Shown: positions 1 through 7,109, numbered from the whole stretch's first letter. The stretch is 8,053 nt of DNA, filler included, from an uncultured virus (IMG/VR IMGVR_UViG_2049941000_000836) (5 parts of one record of this genome joined end to end with filler, not necessarily neighbours in it), one strand, 5' to 3'. Numbers and translations are program-made. The notes: a model not told the origin generated them from the letters alone.

Positions 1-33
1 TCAAACCTTCGGGAATGATGACANNNNNNNNNN

Positions 34-201
34 TCGAATATAATCGCCTGACAAATACTCATCATTTTCGTCGTCTTCATCAGAAAAATCCGAGCCAAAA
101 AAATCAATAAAAACCACGTCACCGTTGTTTGGACAATAGGCGATTTCTGTTTCCGATGATACCATATCAAGCAAGTCGGCTATTTTATCAATTATGCTTG
201 T
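34..201 (-). CDS. Fragment of a hypothetical protein, UPF0158-like N-terminal region
   Basis: Open frame between two 10-N gaps: SIIDKIADLLDMVSSETEIAYCPNNGDVVFIDFFGSDFSDEDDENDEYLSGDYIR. The pattern (I-x-D-x-L-D/E-M ... Y ... G-E/D-V-V-F-I, acidic stretch, YIR) resembles UPF0158 proteins by recall only. Confidence 0.4.
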
Positions 202-213
202 ATNNNNNNNNNN

Positions 214-773
214 AGCCCTCAATTACCCAGCGATAGCCTGTGCAGTGTGTCAGAAAATTTATGCGTTCCAATGCCATTGCCGTATCCCGCATAGGGCGAA
301 AACCGTAGGAATGCTCGAAGAATTGCGCTTCACAGATAGGTTCCAGTACAATTCTCATGCACTCCTGTACAATACGGTCGCGTATTGTCGGGATTCCGAG
401 CGGTCGTTTTTCTGCTTTGCCGGGTTTGTCTATATACACCCTGCGGATTCTTTCAGCCTTGAAGTGACGGAACGCGCTTTGAATNNNNNNNNNNCTTTTC
501 CGCTTTGCCGGGTTTGTCTATGTACACCCTGCGGATTCTTTCAGCCTTGAAGTGACGGAACGCGCTTTGGATTTCTCTTACTATGACGTGAAACGGTCGT
601 TGCAGGTAGTCCTTTCGCATTCGTTTTCCGTCCACTCCGGGCGTATCGCTGCCGTGATTGCTCTTGATATTGTGTACCGCCGTGATGATAGTGGCTTCGG
701 CTGACATGATTTCCAGCAGACCGTTCCATGCCGGACGACCTCCGGCATCGTATATTTCCTTGCTCTGCTGATA
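214..773 (-). CDS. ltrA: Group II intron reverse transcriptase/maturase, N-terminal fragment (RT0 to start of RT3), split by a gap with a duplicated overlap
   Basis: Merging the two contigs gives ...IKSNHGSDTPGVDG (RT0)...RRVYIDKPGKAEKRPLGIPTIRDRIVQ (RT1/RT2)...LEPICEAQFFEHSYGFRPMR (RT2a)...WVIEG (start of RT3). These are typical intron-encoded protein motifs. The YADD motif and domain X lie outside the assembled part. Confidence 0.92.
407..572. repeat. 78-bp duplicated overlap (407-484 vs 495-572) flanking a 10-N gap
   Basis: The copies are identical except for 4 changes, all synonymous third positions in the RT frame (ATT/ATC, TAT/TAC, GCA/GCG, AAA/AAG). Confidence 0.9.
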
Positions 774-1228
774 NNNNNNNNNNACTATTAAAAATGGCAT
801 ACTCTGCTAAAATCGTGCCTAAATTCGGGCTAAAAACCCATTTCAGTAGTATGTGTACAAATTGCGTCTAATGCCGCAACCCCTGACGCGCGTGAAAAAA
901 GTTGATCGCGTCCTCTATCGGACGGATGGTGTAACGCAGATTCCCGTTGTGGGAGCAACCATTTCTGGGGTGGATTCTGGTCGGCTCGGTGGTGATGAAT
1001 TGTATGCCATTCTATGATAATCTTGTCGTTCCATCGCAGAAAAATCTTTTCAGGAGAGCGAAGTCTGTTGCCAAATTTTAAGACAGGAGGCTTGCTTGAG
1101 GGCATAAGCTCGTAGCAAACTGTGGAGGACACTCCGAAATATTTTCCTCATGTGGTGAGATTTGATTTGAAAACGTCTGTAGCCCTGCTCCTGACAGAAG
1201 AAAAACGCAAGGCAAACTTCTGACTCAC

Positions 1229-1328
1229 NNNNNNNNNNNNNNNNNNNNNNNNNNNNNNNNNNNNNNNNNNNNTTAATTAATTAANNNNNNNNNNNNNNNN
1301 NNNNNNNNNNNNNNNNNNNNNNNNNNNN
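1229..1328. other. Artificial contig-joining spacer (six-frame stop linker)
   Basis: 44 N + TTAATTAATTAA (1273-1284) + 44 N. Confidence 0.97.
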
Positions 1329-1719
1329 TTCTGATCTGACGCAGGGTCAACAGTGCCACCGCTACCATGCAGAAAATAAAAATCGGGAAAAACAGCAGGA
1401 ACTTACCGATGGTTTCCCAGATCAGGTTTTCCGTCATGAGCTGATAGGCGTTCAGATCGGCGCCTGTTTCCAGTACGGCAACAATTTCACCGGTAGAATT
1501 GTAGATTGGCGTCTGCGCATATACCCAGTCGCCTTCAAAGTCCGAATAGGTATTGACAAAGCTCTGCCCGTCATGAAACGCATCCCATTCCGGCGCGGAT
1601 TCGTCAATGGTATCATAATAGCTGAAATTCGGAGAGGAATCGTTGCTGATAGCCAGCAGATACAGGTCGTATCCGCGCAGCAGATAAATGGCTGTGTAAT
1701 AGGATTGGTTCCATGTGTC
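1329..1719 (-). CDS. Internal fragment of a membrane-anchored signal transduction protein: Cache/PDC-like sensor domain plus TM helix (missed by the ORF track)
   Basis: Stop-free frame of 130 codons: DTWNQSYYTAIYLLRGYDLY...YSDFEGDWVYAQTPIYNSTGEIVAVLETGADLNAYQ...IGKFLLFFPIFIFCMVAVALLTLRQIR. PIYNSTGEIVAVLETGAD is a typical end of a Cache/PDC domain. It is followed by a hydrophobic helix and basic residues. Confidence 0.75.
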
Positions 1720-1819
1720 NNNNNNNNNNNNNNNNNNNNNNNNNNNNNNNNNNNNNNNNNNNNTTAATTAATTAANNNNNNNNNNNNNNNNNNNNNNNNN
1801 NNNNNNNNNNNNNNNNNNN
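1720..1819. other. Artificial contig-joining spacer
   Basis: 44 N + TTAATTAATTAA (1764-1775) + 44 N. Confidence 0.97.
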
Positions 1820-2031
1820 TTCCGGCGAGGTCATTAATCATTACAATGCCTATGCGGTTTCCGCCGTCAATAAGACCCTGTTGTTCAACAGCAACACCGT
1901 CAGAAAAAGCGCGTGGGTATNNNNNNNNNNCTCCGGCGAGGTCATTAATCATTACAATGCCTATGCGGTTTCCGCCGTCAGTAAGACCCTGTTGTTCAAC
2001 AGCAACACCGTCAGAAAAAGCGCGTGGGTAT
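1820..2031. repeat. 101-bp duplicated overlap (1820-1920 vs 1931-2031) flanking a 10-N gap
   Basis: Two mismatches: the first base (T/C) and AAT/AGT (Asn/Ser). Confidence 0.9.
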
Positions 2032-2671
2032 TTGCCAAAGGAATCGTGTTTTGTGTTACGGCGGGATTTCTGGTCGTTGCGATTCTTTACACGTTGCTGC
2101 TGGCTGTGCTGCTGCTGCGTCAGAACCGCGGCGACAGGACATTTCTGACGCAGTTGGGACTGTTGGCCATTGCCATTGTCACCGCCGGCATTGTGGCAGG
2201 TATCACCCTGAACACGACCAATCAGCGGTATTTTAATGAGGTTATGAACAAAATGACCAACATCGCCCTGCTCATGGCGAATTCCATCGACGAAGACGAT
2301 GTGAATGCGCTGGAATCGCCTGAGAGCTTTATGAGCCAATCTTACAATCATATCGACCGGCAGATTAAGTCGGTGCTCCAAAATGAAATCAATGCCGAGG
2401 ACGGTATCTACTGCATCATTTACAGGGTGCATAACGGGATTGTCTACGAGGCATATTCAGATGAAACGCTTTACGGCACGGGTTATCCGATGCCCGGTGG
2501 CTTTGAAGGCTCCGCCGAGCAGGAAATTTATGAAACCGGGCAATATATGTCGTTCGGCAATTACAACGGCTCCGACGGCAGCTATATGTTCGTGCTGATG
2601 CCCATCAAAAACGCAGCCGGAGAAGTGACGGCGCTCATGGAAGTCGGCACCGATCTGTATATTTTTACCGC
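1821..2671 (+). CDS. Internal fragment of a membrane sensor protein: two TM helices followed by a Cache/PDC-like domain
   Basis: Open frame with hydrophobic helices (GIVFCVTAGFLVVAILYTLLLAVLLL; LGLLAIAIVTAGIVAGITL), then ...IDEDDVNALESPESFMSQSY...GSDGSYMFVLMPIKNAAGEVTALMEVGTD. Neither start nor stop is present. Confidence 0.75.
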
Positions 2672-2771
2672 NNNNNNNNNNNNNNNNNNNNNNNNNNNNN
2701 NNNNNNNNNNNNNNNTTAATTAATTAANNNNNNNNNNNNNNNNNNNNNNNNNNNNNNNNNNNNNNNNNNNN
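2672..2771. other. Artificial contig-joining spacer
   Basis: 44 N + TTAATTAATTAA (2716-2727) + 44 N. Confidence 0.97.
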
Positions 2772-3188
2772 CATGAGCCAATCGCATGCGATAATCAAAA
2801 AGACCGTCCACAGCTCCAAAGCAATCCCTCCGTTTACCATCATGGAAAGAGCCAAAGCAGTACCGGCCGCAAAGATACCGCCCAGCCAGAACAGTGCGCG
2901 GAATGTCACGGAACTGATTTTGCAGTGAGAATTGACGGGAATATGGCGTTGAATACGTTTCTCACAGATAAGCATAAGCGCAAAGCCAATGAAAGACGAG
3001 AATATCATCAAAAGCGGAAGCTTATAATCATCAATAAAATCCACAGCAGAAGCATACCATGCGGATGGGTCATAGGGGAGAAGCCGTTCGGCACATTCTC
3101 CCATTGTCAGACTCGCTCCGACGCTTGCCCAAGCGGCGCAGAAACCTGTGAATACAGGCAAAAAATACTGTCTGAAATGCTCCTTCAT
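2772..3188 (-). CDS. Multi-pass membrane protein of unknown function, 3'-truncated
   Basis: ATG at 3188 with AGAGGT 10 nt upstream. It has about four hydrophobic segments and lies 17 bp downstream of the lipoprotein gene on the same strand. Confidence 0.7.
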
Positions 3189-3205
3189 ATCTGCATATAC
3201 CTCTT

Positions 3206-3760
3206 TTAATCGGCGTACAATGCCTCGGCTATGGCCTGAAGATCAAAACCGTCAAGATCCTTTGATGAAACGCTGACGGAATAGGAAATCCCCGTTTCTT
3301 CATCATACCAAGTGCAAAGATCCGCTCATTCATCTTTACCGATATAGCGGTAATATTTTCCCTTCATTTGACCGTCTGCCCAGTTTGCCAGAGTAACATC
3401 GTCCTGCTGTGTCCATTCATAATACATACCCGAAATATCTGCGGTCCTGTCGCCGGTTACCTGCGCTCTCGCTGTAAAGCTGTCCCCGTTCAGGTCAAAC
3501 GAAAGCTGAACCAATGCGTGCGAATCAGTTTCCATTGCGCTCCATACTGTGTTTTCCGCTCCGGCAGGTACGCCAAACGAATGAGAACATAGTTTTTTTG
3601 CCTCGGTTTCTGTAATATCGCGCCAAGGATTGGCAATCTGAACGTTTTCCCAACTCTGTGAATCATTGTCCTACGAATGATTGACGGAACATCCACTCTG
3701 TGCGCATATGGCGAGTCCCATCATAATTGCCAGTGCAACTATTGCTTTCCCTCTTCTCAT
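3206..3760 (-). pseudogene. Lipoprotein gene (185 codons) with two in-frame premature stops
   Basis: One frame throughout: MRRGKAIVALAIMMGLAICAQSGCSVNHS*DNDSQSWENVQIANPWRDITE...DISGMYYEW...YRYIGKDE*ADLCTWYDEETGISYSVSVSSKDLDGFDLQAIAEALYAD-TAA. It has an AGAGG RBS and a signal peptide with a lipobox-like SGC. The stops are TAG at 3671-3673 (codon 30) and TGA at 3326-3328 (codon 145). Confidence 0.8.
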
Positions 3761-3833
3761 TTGTCTTGCCTCTCTTTCTCATAAACTTGTTTTGTGGATT
3801 TCTTAAGCGAACCGGATGCCCACTGTTACTCTT

Positions 3834-3862
3834 ATTATATTTCACCGCCAGTAAAAAGTCAA
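3834..3862 (-). promoter_or_regulatory. Sigma70/SigA promoter for the lipoprotein and membrane protein genes
   Basis: TTGACT (3862-3857), 17-bp spacer, TATAAT (3839-3834). Confidence 0.75.
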
Positions 3863-3894
3863 GGAATATAATACCGTTGTCAGATCGCACTATG

Positions 3895-3923
3895 TTGACA
3901 AATCTGATATGTTCAGGTACAAT
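3895..3923 (+). promoter_or_regulatory. Sigma70/SigA promoter, divergent from the previous one
   Basis: TTGACA (3895-3900), 17-bp spacer, TACAAT (3918-3923). Confidence 0.75.
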
Positions 3924-3929
3924 ATTCAT

Positions 3930-3994
3930 AGTGATTGTGTTGCGGAAACCTGTGAGGTCTGCGACCCGGGGCACTTCTGCGGAGCCCCCTTTTT
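3930..3994 (+). ncRNA. Putative ~65-nt structured RNA (sRNA or attenuating leader)
   Basis: It starts right after the + promoter. Hairpin 3939-3965 pairs GUUGCGG/CUGCGAC with inner ACCU/AGGU, and a GC-rich hairpin plus U-tract follows. Confidence 0.45.
3968..3994 (+). terminator. Intrinsic-terminator-like hairpin
   Basis: GGGGC (3968-3972) pairs with GCCCC (3984-3988), followed by TTTTT (3990-3994). Confidence 0.5.
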
Positions 3995-4039
3995 AATCTT
4001 GATTATATTCACTATTTTTTACATATAGAGAGGTACGCA

Positions 4040-4262
4040 ATGACTAAAAGTGACGTGAAAAAGTTTTTGGACACTCACCGTAATATTGAATTATCAGCGG
4101 AGAGGTTTGAATACAGCTTACATTTATACAGAGATGCGGAAGATTTCATGTTTGAGGAAGCAAACAAGATTTTTCCAAGAAATCAAGAAGAGCGGGAATC
4201 CATTGAAAAAATGATAGACGAGGCTTCAAGTTCCGACGAAATTGTTAAACTGTTGCGAAAGG
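4040..4262 (+). CDS. Hypothetical helical protein, N-terminal part (probably continues at 4849-5163)
   Basis: GAGAGGT RBS and ATG at 4040. The frame is open up to the gap: MTKSDVKKFL...SSSDEIVKLLRK. Confidence 0.7.
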
Positions 4263-4272
4263 NNNNNNNNNN

Positions 4273-4428
4273 TCGGAATCCGACGATGAACATATCCCGT
4301 TCCGAGATCGAGGATATGTCGGTGATGCACTCGGTGAGCTTGTCTAACAGTTCCTTTTGTTCATCGGAGAGTGATTCTCTTAACAAATCCTCGTTCCTGT
4401 TCGCCAGAGCTTTCAGCTTCTGGTATTC
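4273..4428 (-). CDS. DUF6809-like protein fragment
   Basis: EYQKLKALANRNEDLLRESLSDEQKELLDKLTECITDISSISERDMFIVGFR. The L-S-x-E-Q-K-E-L...E-x-x-x-F-I-x-G-F-R pattern matches the small clostridial DUF6809 family by recall. Confidence 0.6.
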
Positions 4429-4438
4429 NNNNNNNNNN

Positions 4439-4837
4439 TTTGGATCATCGCCACCGCGGTGTCGTTCAGAGGAACATCGCGCTTGCTCGACGCGCTTTTC
4501 AGCTTGCCGGTCTTGACTTCCCTGCCGTGTTCGGCGGTCACTCCGTCGCGCTTGGCAACTTCCTTCACACCGCAGTTCAAGTGCATCACTCGGTGTTCCA
4601 AGTCGATGTCGCTGTTGAGTAAACCCAGCAATTCACCTGTGCGTAATCCTGTGTTCAGCATGAGAATGTTGGCTGCTGCCTGTTGATATACCCGCTTTCC
4701 GTTACTGTAACAGCGGAAGGCTTCGGTCTTGAATTTTTCGATTTCGTCGGGTGTGAACACAGTTACCGTATCGTATTCCGGTAGATTTTCCTTGTCCTGC
4801 GCCGCGAGGAAATTGCTTTTCTTGATCATCGGCGTGC
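4439..4837 (-). CDS. Tyrosine recombinase/integrase, internal fragment of the catalytic domain
   Basis: VFTPDEIEKF...LMLNTGLRTGELLGLLNSDIDLEHRVMHL (box I Arg)...KLKSASSKRDVPLN (catalytic Lys region). It is bounded by gaps on both sides. Confidence 0.9.
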
Positions 4838-4848
4838 NNNNNNNNNNG

Positions 4849-5163
4849 AAGGAAGAAACATTGCCGATTATACAGAAAAAGATTTTAACAACCGGTCAGG
4901 ATGTTTTCATTGAAAATGCTTTGAAGTATTTGTTAAGGTGCAAGACGAATTGTTGCGATTGGATCGTGGAAAACTACCAAAAGATTCGCAGTGAGTATAT
5001 GAAATCTATGCTCTGCTTAGTGTTGGGATTCCGTGGAGATGCAAGTATGATAGATTTTCTGATAGAGGAAGCGAAACGGTTTGAACGTGAATATCCGGAT
5101 GAAACTTATGATCAAGGAGTGGCTTTAGCAGTTCAGGAGTTATCAGTCAGATTTTTGAATTAG
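4849..5163 (+). CDS. Hypothetical helical (HEAT-like) protein, C-terminal part
   Basis: KEETLPIIQKKILTTGQDVFIENALKYLL...SMLCLVLGFRGDASMIDFLIEEAKRFEREYPDETYDQGVALAVQELSVRFLN-TAG. Strand and AT-rich composition match 4040-4262. Confidence 0.7.
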   Translation, partial: KEETLPIIQKKILTTGQDVFIENALKYLLRCKTNCCDWIVENYQKIRSEYMKSMLCLVLGFRGDASMIDFLIEEAKRFEREYPDETYDQGVALAVQELSVRFLN

Positions 5164-5173
5164 CGACGTAAGC

Positions 5174-5209
5174 CTTTTCTTTGATTAATGCGACGCGAAT
5201 TTTGAGCAT
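5174..5209 (+). repeat. Isolated copy of the 36-bp repeat core
   Basis: CTTTTCTTTGATTAATGCGACGCGAATTTTGAGCAT differs at 2 positions from the copy at 7336-7371. Confidence 0.9.
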
Positions 5210-5425
5210 TGTCTATCTGTCATTTTGCTGTCCTGACCGGTTTGTAATTCTCCATCGCAATCCAAACCGTGGAATCCGAATTCATCATCAAGAGCATCAA
5301 AAATCGGGTGCAGAATTTCGCACATCATCAAAAAAGCATCAATTCTTCAAGCATCAGTGGGGCGGCTGGCAACAAATCCCCAAAATCGGGGGTAAGTCGG
5401 AGCGTGAGAGAAAATTCAACATTGC

Positions 5426-5464
5426 CTCCAAAACCGCGTGCCGAGGGTTCAAATCCTTCTGCCC
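5426..5464 (+). tRNA. 3' half of tRNA-Trp(CCA), non-functional fragment and probable att core
   Basis: Anticodon loop CTCCAAA, 3' stem ACCGC, variable loop GTGCC, T-arm GAGGG-TTCAAAT-CCTTC, acceptor 3' strand TGCCC. The 5' half is absent upstream and there is no CCA end. Confidence 0.85.
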
Positions 5465-5481
5465 GTTCATGATAGGCAGAA

Positions 5482-5514
5482 GCCCGAAACCGCGTAAAAT
5501 GGACGGTTTCGGGC
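5482..5514. terminator. 11-bp perfect inverted repeat between att and the int 3' end (possible terminator)
   Basis: GCCCGAAACCG-N11-CGGTTTCGGGC followed by GTTCTTTCT. Confidence 0.6.
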
Positions 5515-5537
5515 GTTCTTTCTCTCCGATAAATAAC

Positions 5538-5561
5538 CTTATCTAAGGTCTTGTCTAAGGT
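5538..5561. promoter_or_regulatory. Tandem 12-bp direct repeat, probable integrase arm-type binding sites
   Basis: CTTATCTAAGGT-CTTGTCTAAGGT (1 mismatch), ~75 bp from the att core and 24 bp from the int stop. Confidence 0.6.
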
Positions 5562-5585
5562 TTTTCCTTTGGTTGGTCAAATGCC

Positions 5586-6767
5586 TCAAGAAGCGTCTGC
5601 TGTTTCGCCAGCCTGATTGATGACGTGTTCAAGCAGATCAATGTCTTCAGCCTTTGCCTTGCGATTGCGGTGTATGTAGATTTTCTCGGTTGTACTGACA
5701 TTCTCGTGACCGAGCAGCACGGAGATTTCCTGAAGCGATACGCCGTTGTCATCAAGGATACTGGCGACTGTGTGGCGGAATCCATGAATAGTGCAATGGG
5801 GAAGACCTGCGTTATCGGTCAGGCGGTTGACAACGCGGTTGATGGCGCTGAGATTGCTGTAGGGGGTACCGTTAATCGTGCGGACAATATAGCTGTTCTT
5901 TGGCGCACAGTTGCCCATCATACGCTCATATTCTTCCTGCTTGGCTTTTTCCTCTATCAAAGCAGCAACTACTTCTTTAGCAAGCGGAATTTCACGGGTG
6001 CTGCCATCTGTCTTGGGCTTGGTAACGAGCTTCGTGACGCTGGACCGAGTACCTGTACGGCTCTTGTTGATGTTGAGCATATAATGCTCGAAGTCCACAT
6101 CGTCCCATGTCAAAGCGAGCAGTTCACCTTTTCTTGCGCCTGTGAAAAGCACCAGAACGAGGAAGATGTAGATGTGACTTTCGACTTGCTTTGCATAATC
6201 AAGCAATTGCCTGACTTGCTGAGGCGTATAAGTGGGTACCTTTTTCTTGATGTCCTTCTCAAATGTGGGAAGTCTGCTGTCAGTGACAGGGTTGCTGTCA
6301 ATGAGCTTGTTGATGCGGGCATCTTCCAGTGCGGCAGAGAGAACGCCGCGAATGTTCTTGACGCTCTTGGCACCCAGTTCTCCGCCGTCAGCGCGACCTT
6401 CTGTCTTGAGATGCTTGAAATACTCGGTGAATATCCTCGGAGTGAGTTCCTTCAAGTAGATGTCCTTTGGTGCAAAGTAGGGAATGAGCTTGCCGTGGAC
6501 GGTCTTGTCGTAAGTCTCCCATGTCGATGGCTTGAGAACGTTCTTCATGTCATTCAACCACTCTTCCAGATAATCCGTGAGAAGCTTACCGTCTTTATTC
6601 TCTTTCAGCTTTCGATAGTAGGCGAGAATTTCGTCACGCTTAGCTATTGCCTTTTTCTTGTTGCCTTTTTTTGCTTCGATACCAGTAGAAACCCATTTGG
6701 TTTTCCCTTTATAGGAAAACACCACATAGTACTTACCGTTTCTTATCTGTAAATTTCTATCAGCCAT
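5586..6767 (-). CDS. int: Tyrosine site-specific integrase, 393 aa, intact
   Basis: The likely start is ATG 6767 (GGAGGT 6 nt upstream), not 6809. It has an N-terminal arm-binding-like region (LQIRNGKYYVVFSY...KWVSTG) and a core-binding region (YLEEWL...LKPSTWETY). Catalytic residues are present: R (TGARKGE), K (KPKT), HxxR (HGFRHT), H (LLGH), Y (EKIYIH). Confidence 0.96.
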   Translation of the reverse strand: MADRNLQIRNGKYYVVFSYKGKTKWVSTGIEAKKGNKKKAIAKRDEILAYYRKLKENKDGKLLTDYLEEWLNDMKNVLKPSTWETYDKTVHGKLIPYFAPKDIYLKELTPRIFTEYFKHLKTEGRADGGELGAKSVKNIRGVLSAALEDARINKLIDSNPVTDSRLPTFEKDIKKKVPTYTPQQVRQLLDYAKQVESHIYIFLVLVLFTGARKGELLALTWDDVDFEHYMLNINKSRTGTRSSVTKLVTKPKTDGSTREIPLAKEVVAALIEEKAKQEEYERMMGNCAPKNSYIVRTINGTPYSNLSAINRVVNRLTDNAGLPHCTIHGFRHTVASILDDNGVSLQEISVLLGHENVSTTEKIYIHRNRKAKAEDIDLLEHVINQAGETADAS

Positions 6768-6780
6768 AATGGTACCTCCG

Positions 6781-6981
6781 TTAGATGCGTGCGACATTGA
6801 TGAATTCAATGACGCTCTGTTTGGGAATGATGTATTTCTTTCCGATCTTGATAGTCTTGATCGCTCCGTCTTTCAGAATACCGTAAGCGGTATTTCTGCC
6901 GATGTGGAGCATGTTCTGTAAGTCTTCCACGGTGACTACATCGGGATAGTTCTTAAAAATGTCTTTATTGTTATTCTCCAT
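6781..6981 (-). CDS. xis: Excisionase-family helix-turn-helix protein (HTH_17-like), 66 aa
   Basis: YPDVVTVEDLQNMLHIGRNTAYGILKDGAIKTIKIGKKYIIPKQSVIEFI with an AAAGGA RBS. It ends 13 bp before the int start. Confidence 0.88.
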   Translation of the reverse strand: MENNNKDIFKNYPDVVTVEDLQNMLHIGRNTAYGILKDGAIKTIKIGKKYIIPKQSVIEFINVARI

Positions 6982-7009
6982 AAGAATAATCCTTTCGTAA
7001 AAAAATGAT

Positions 7010-7109
7010 NNNNNNNNNNNNNNNNNNNNNNNNNNNNNNNNNNNNNNNNNNNNTTAATTAATTAANNNNNNNNNNNNNNNNNNNNNNNNNNNNNNNNNNN
7101 NNNNNNNNN
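7010..7109. other. Artificial contig-joining spacer
   Basis: 44 N + TTAATTAATTAA (7054-7065) + 44 N. Confidence 0.97.

Larger units (their letters stand above)
5426..7009 (-). mobile_element. End of an integrative element (IME, prophage or satellite) targeting tRNA-Trp; the rest is cut off by the spacer
   Basis: Order is att core, inverted repeat, tandem arm-type repeats, integrase, excisionase, with int transcribed toward att. Confidence 0.85.

Noticed and set aside
407..572. DGR template/variable repeat pair next to an RT
   Set aside because: The duplication lies inside the RT gene, flanks a gap, and its changes are silent and not adenine-specific on one strand. The RT has group II intron-type RT0 and 2a motifs.
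1273..1284. TTAATTAATTAA palindrome repeated four times as a biological motif
   Set aside because: It is always centred in N runs and is a synthetic six-frame stop linker.
1820..2031. DGR TR/VR pair or tandem coding repeat
   Set aside because: There is only one internal mismatch, the many other AAY codons are unchanged, and the copies abut a 10-N gap. It is an allelic contig overlap.
3326..3328. Selenocysteine or genetic code 4 read-through of TGA
   Set aside because: The same gene also has an in-frame TAG, the context is not redox-motif-like, and TGA serves as a normal stop for int.
4040..4516. ORF-track proteins running across N gaps (1-222, 4040-4516, 4729-5163, 7774-8001 and others)
   Set aside because: They are chimeras of unrelated contigs translated through Ns.
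5426..5464. Functional tRNA-Trp gene
   Set aside because: The 5' acceptor strand, D-arm and 5' anticodon stem are missing, and there is no CCA end.
5181..5546. ORFs 5181-5546 and 5269-5472
   Set aside because: They overlap the repeat, tRNA fragment and inverted repeat and have no protein-like features. The region is better explained as a non-coding att region.
5625..6752. 375-aa antisense ORF overlapping the integrase
   Set aside because: It is a shadow frame opposite a well-supported gene, with no recognisable motif or RBS.
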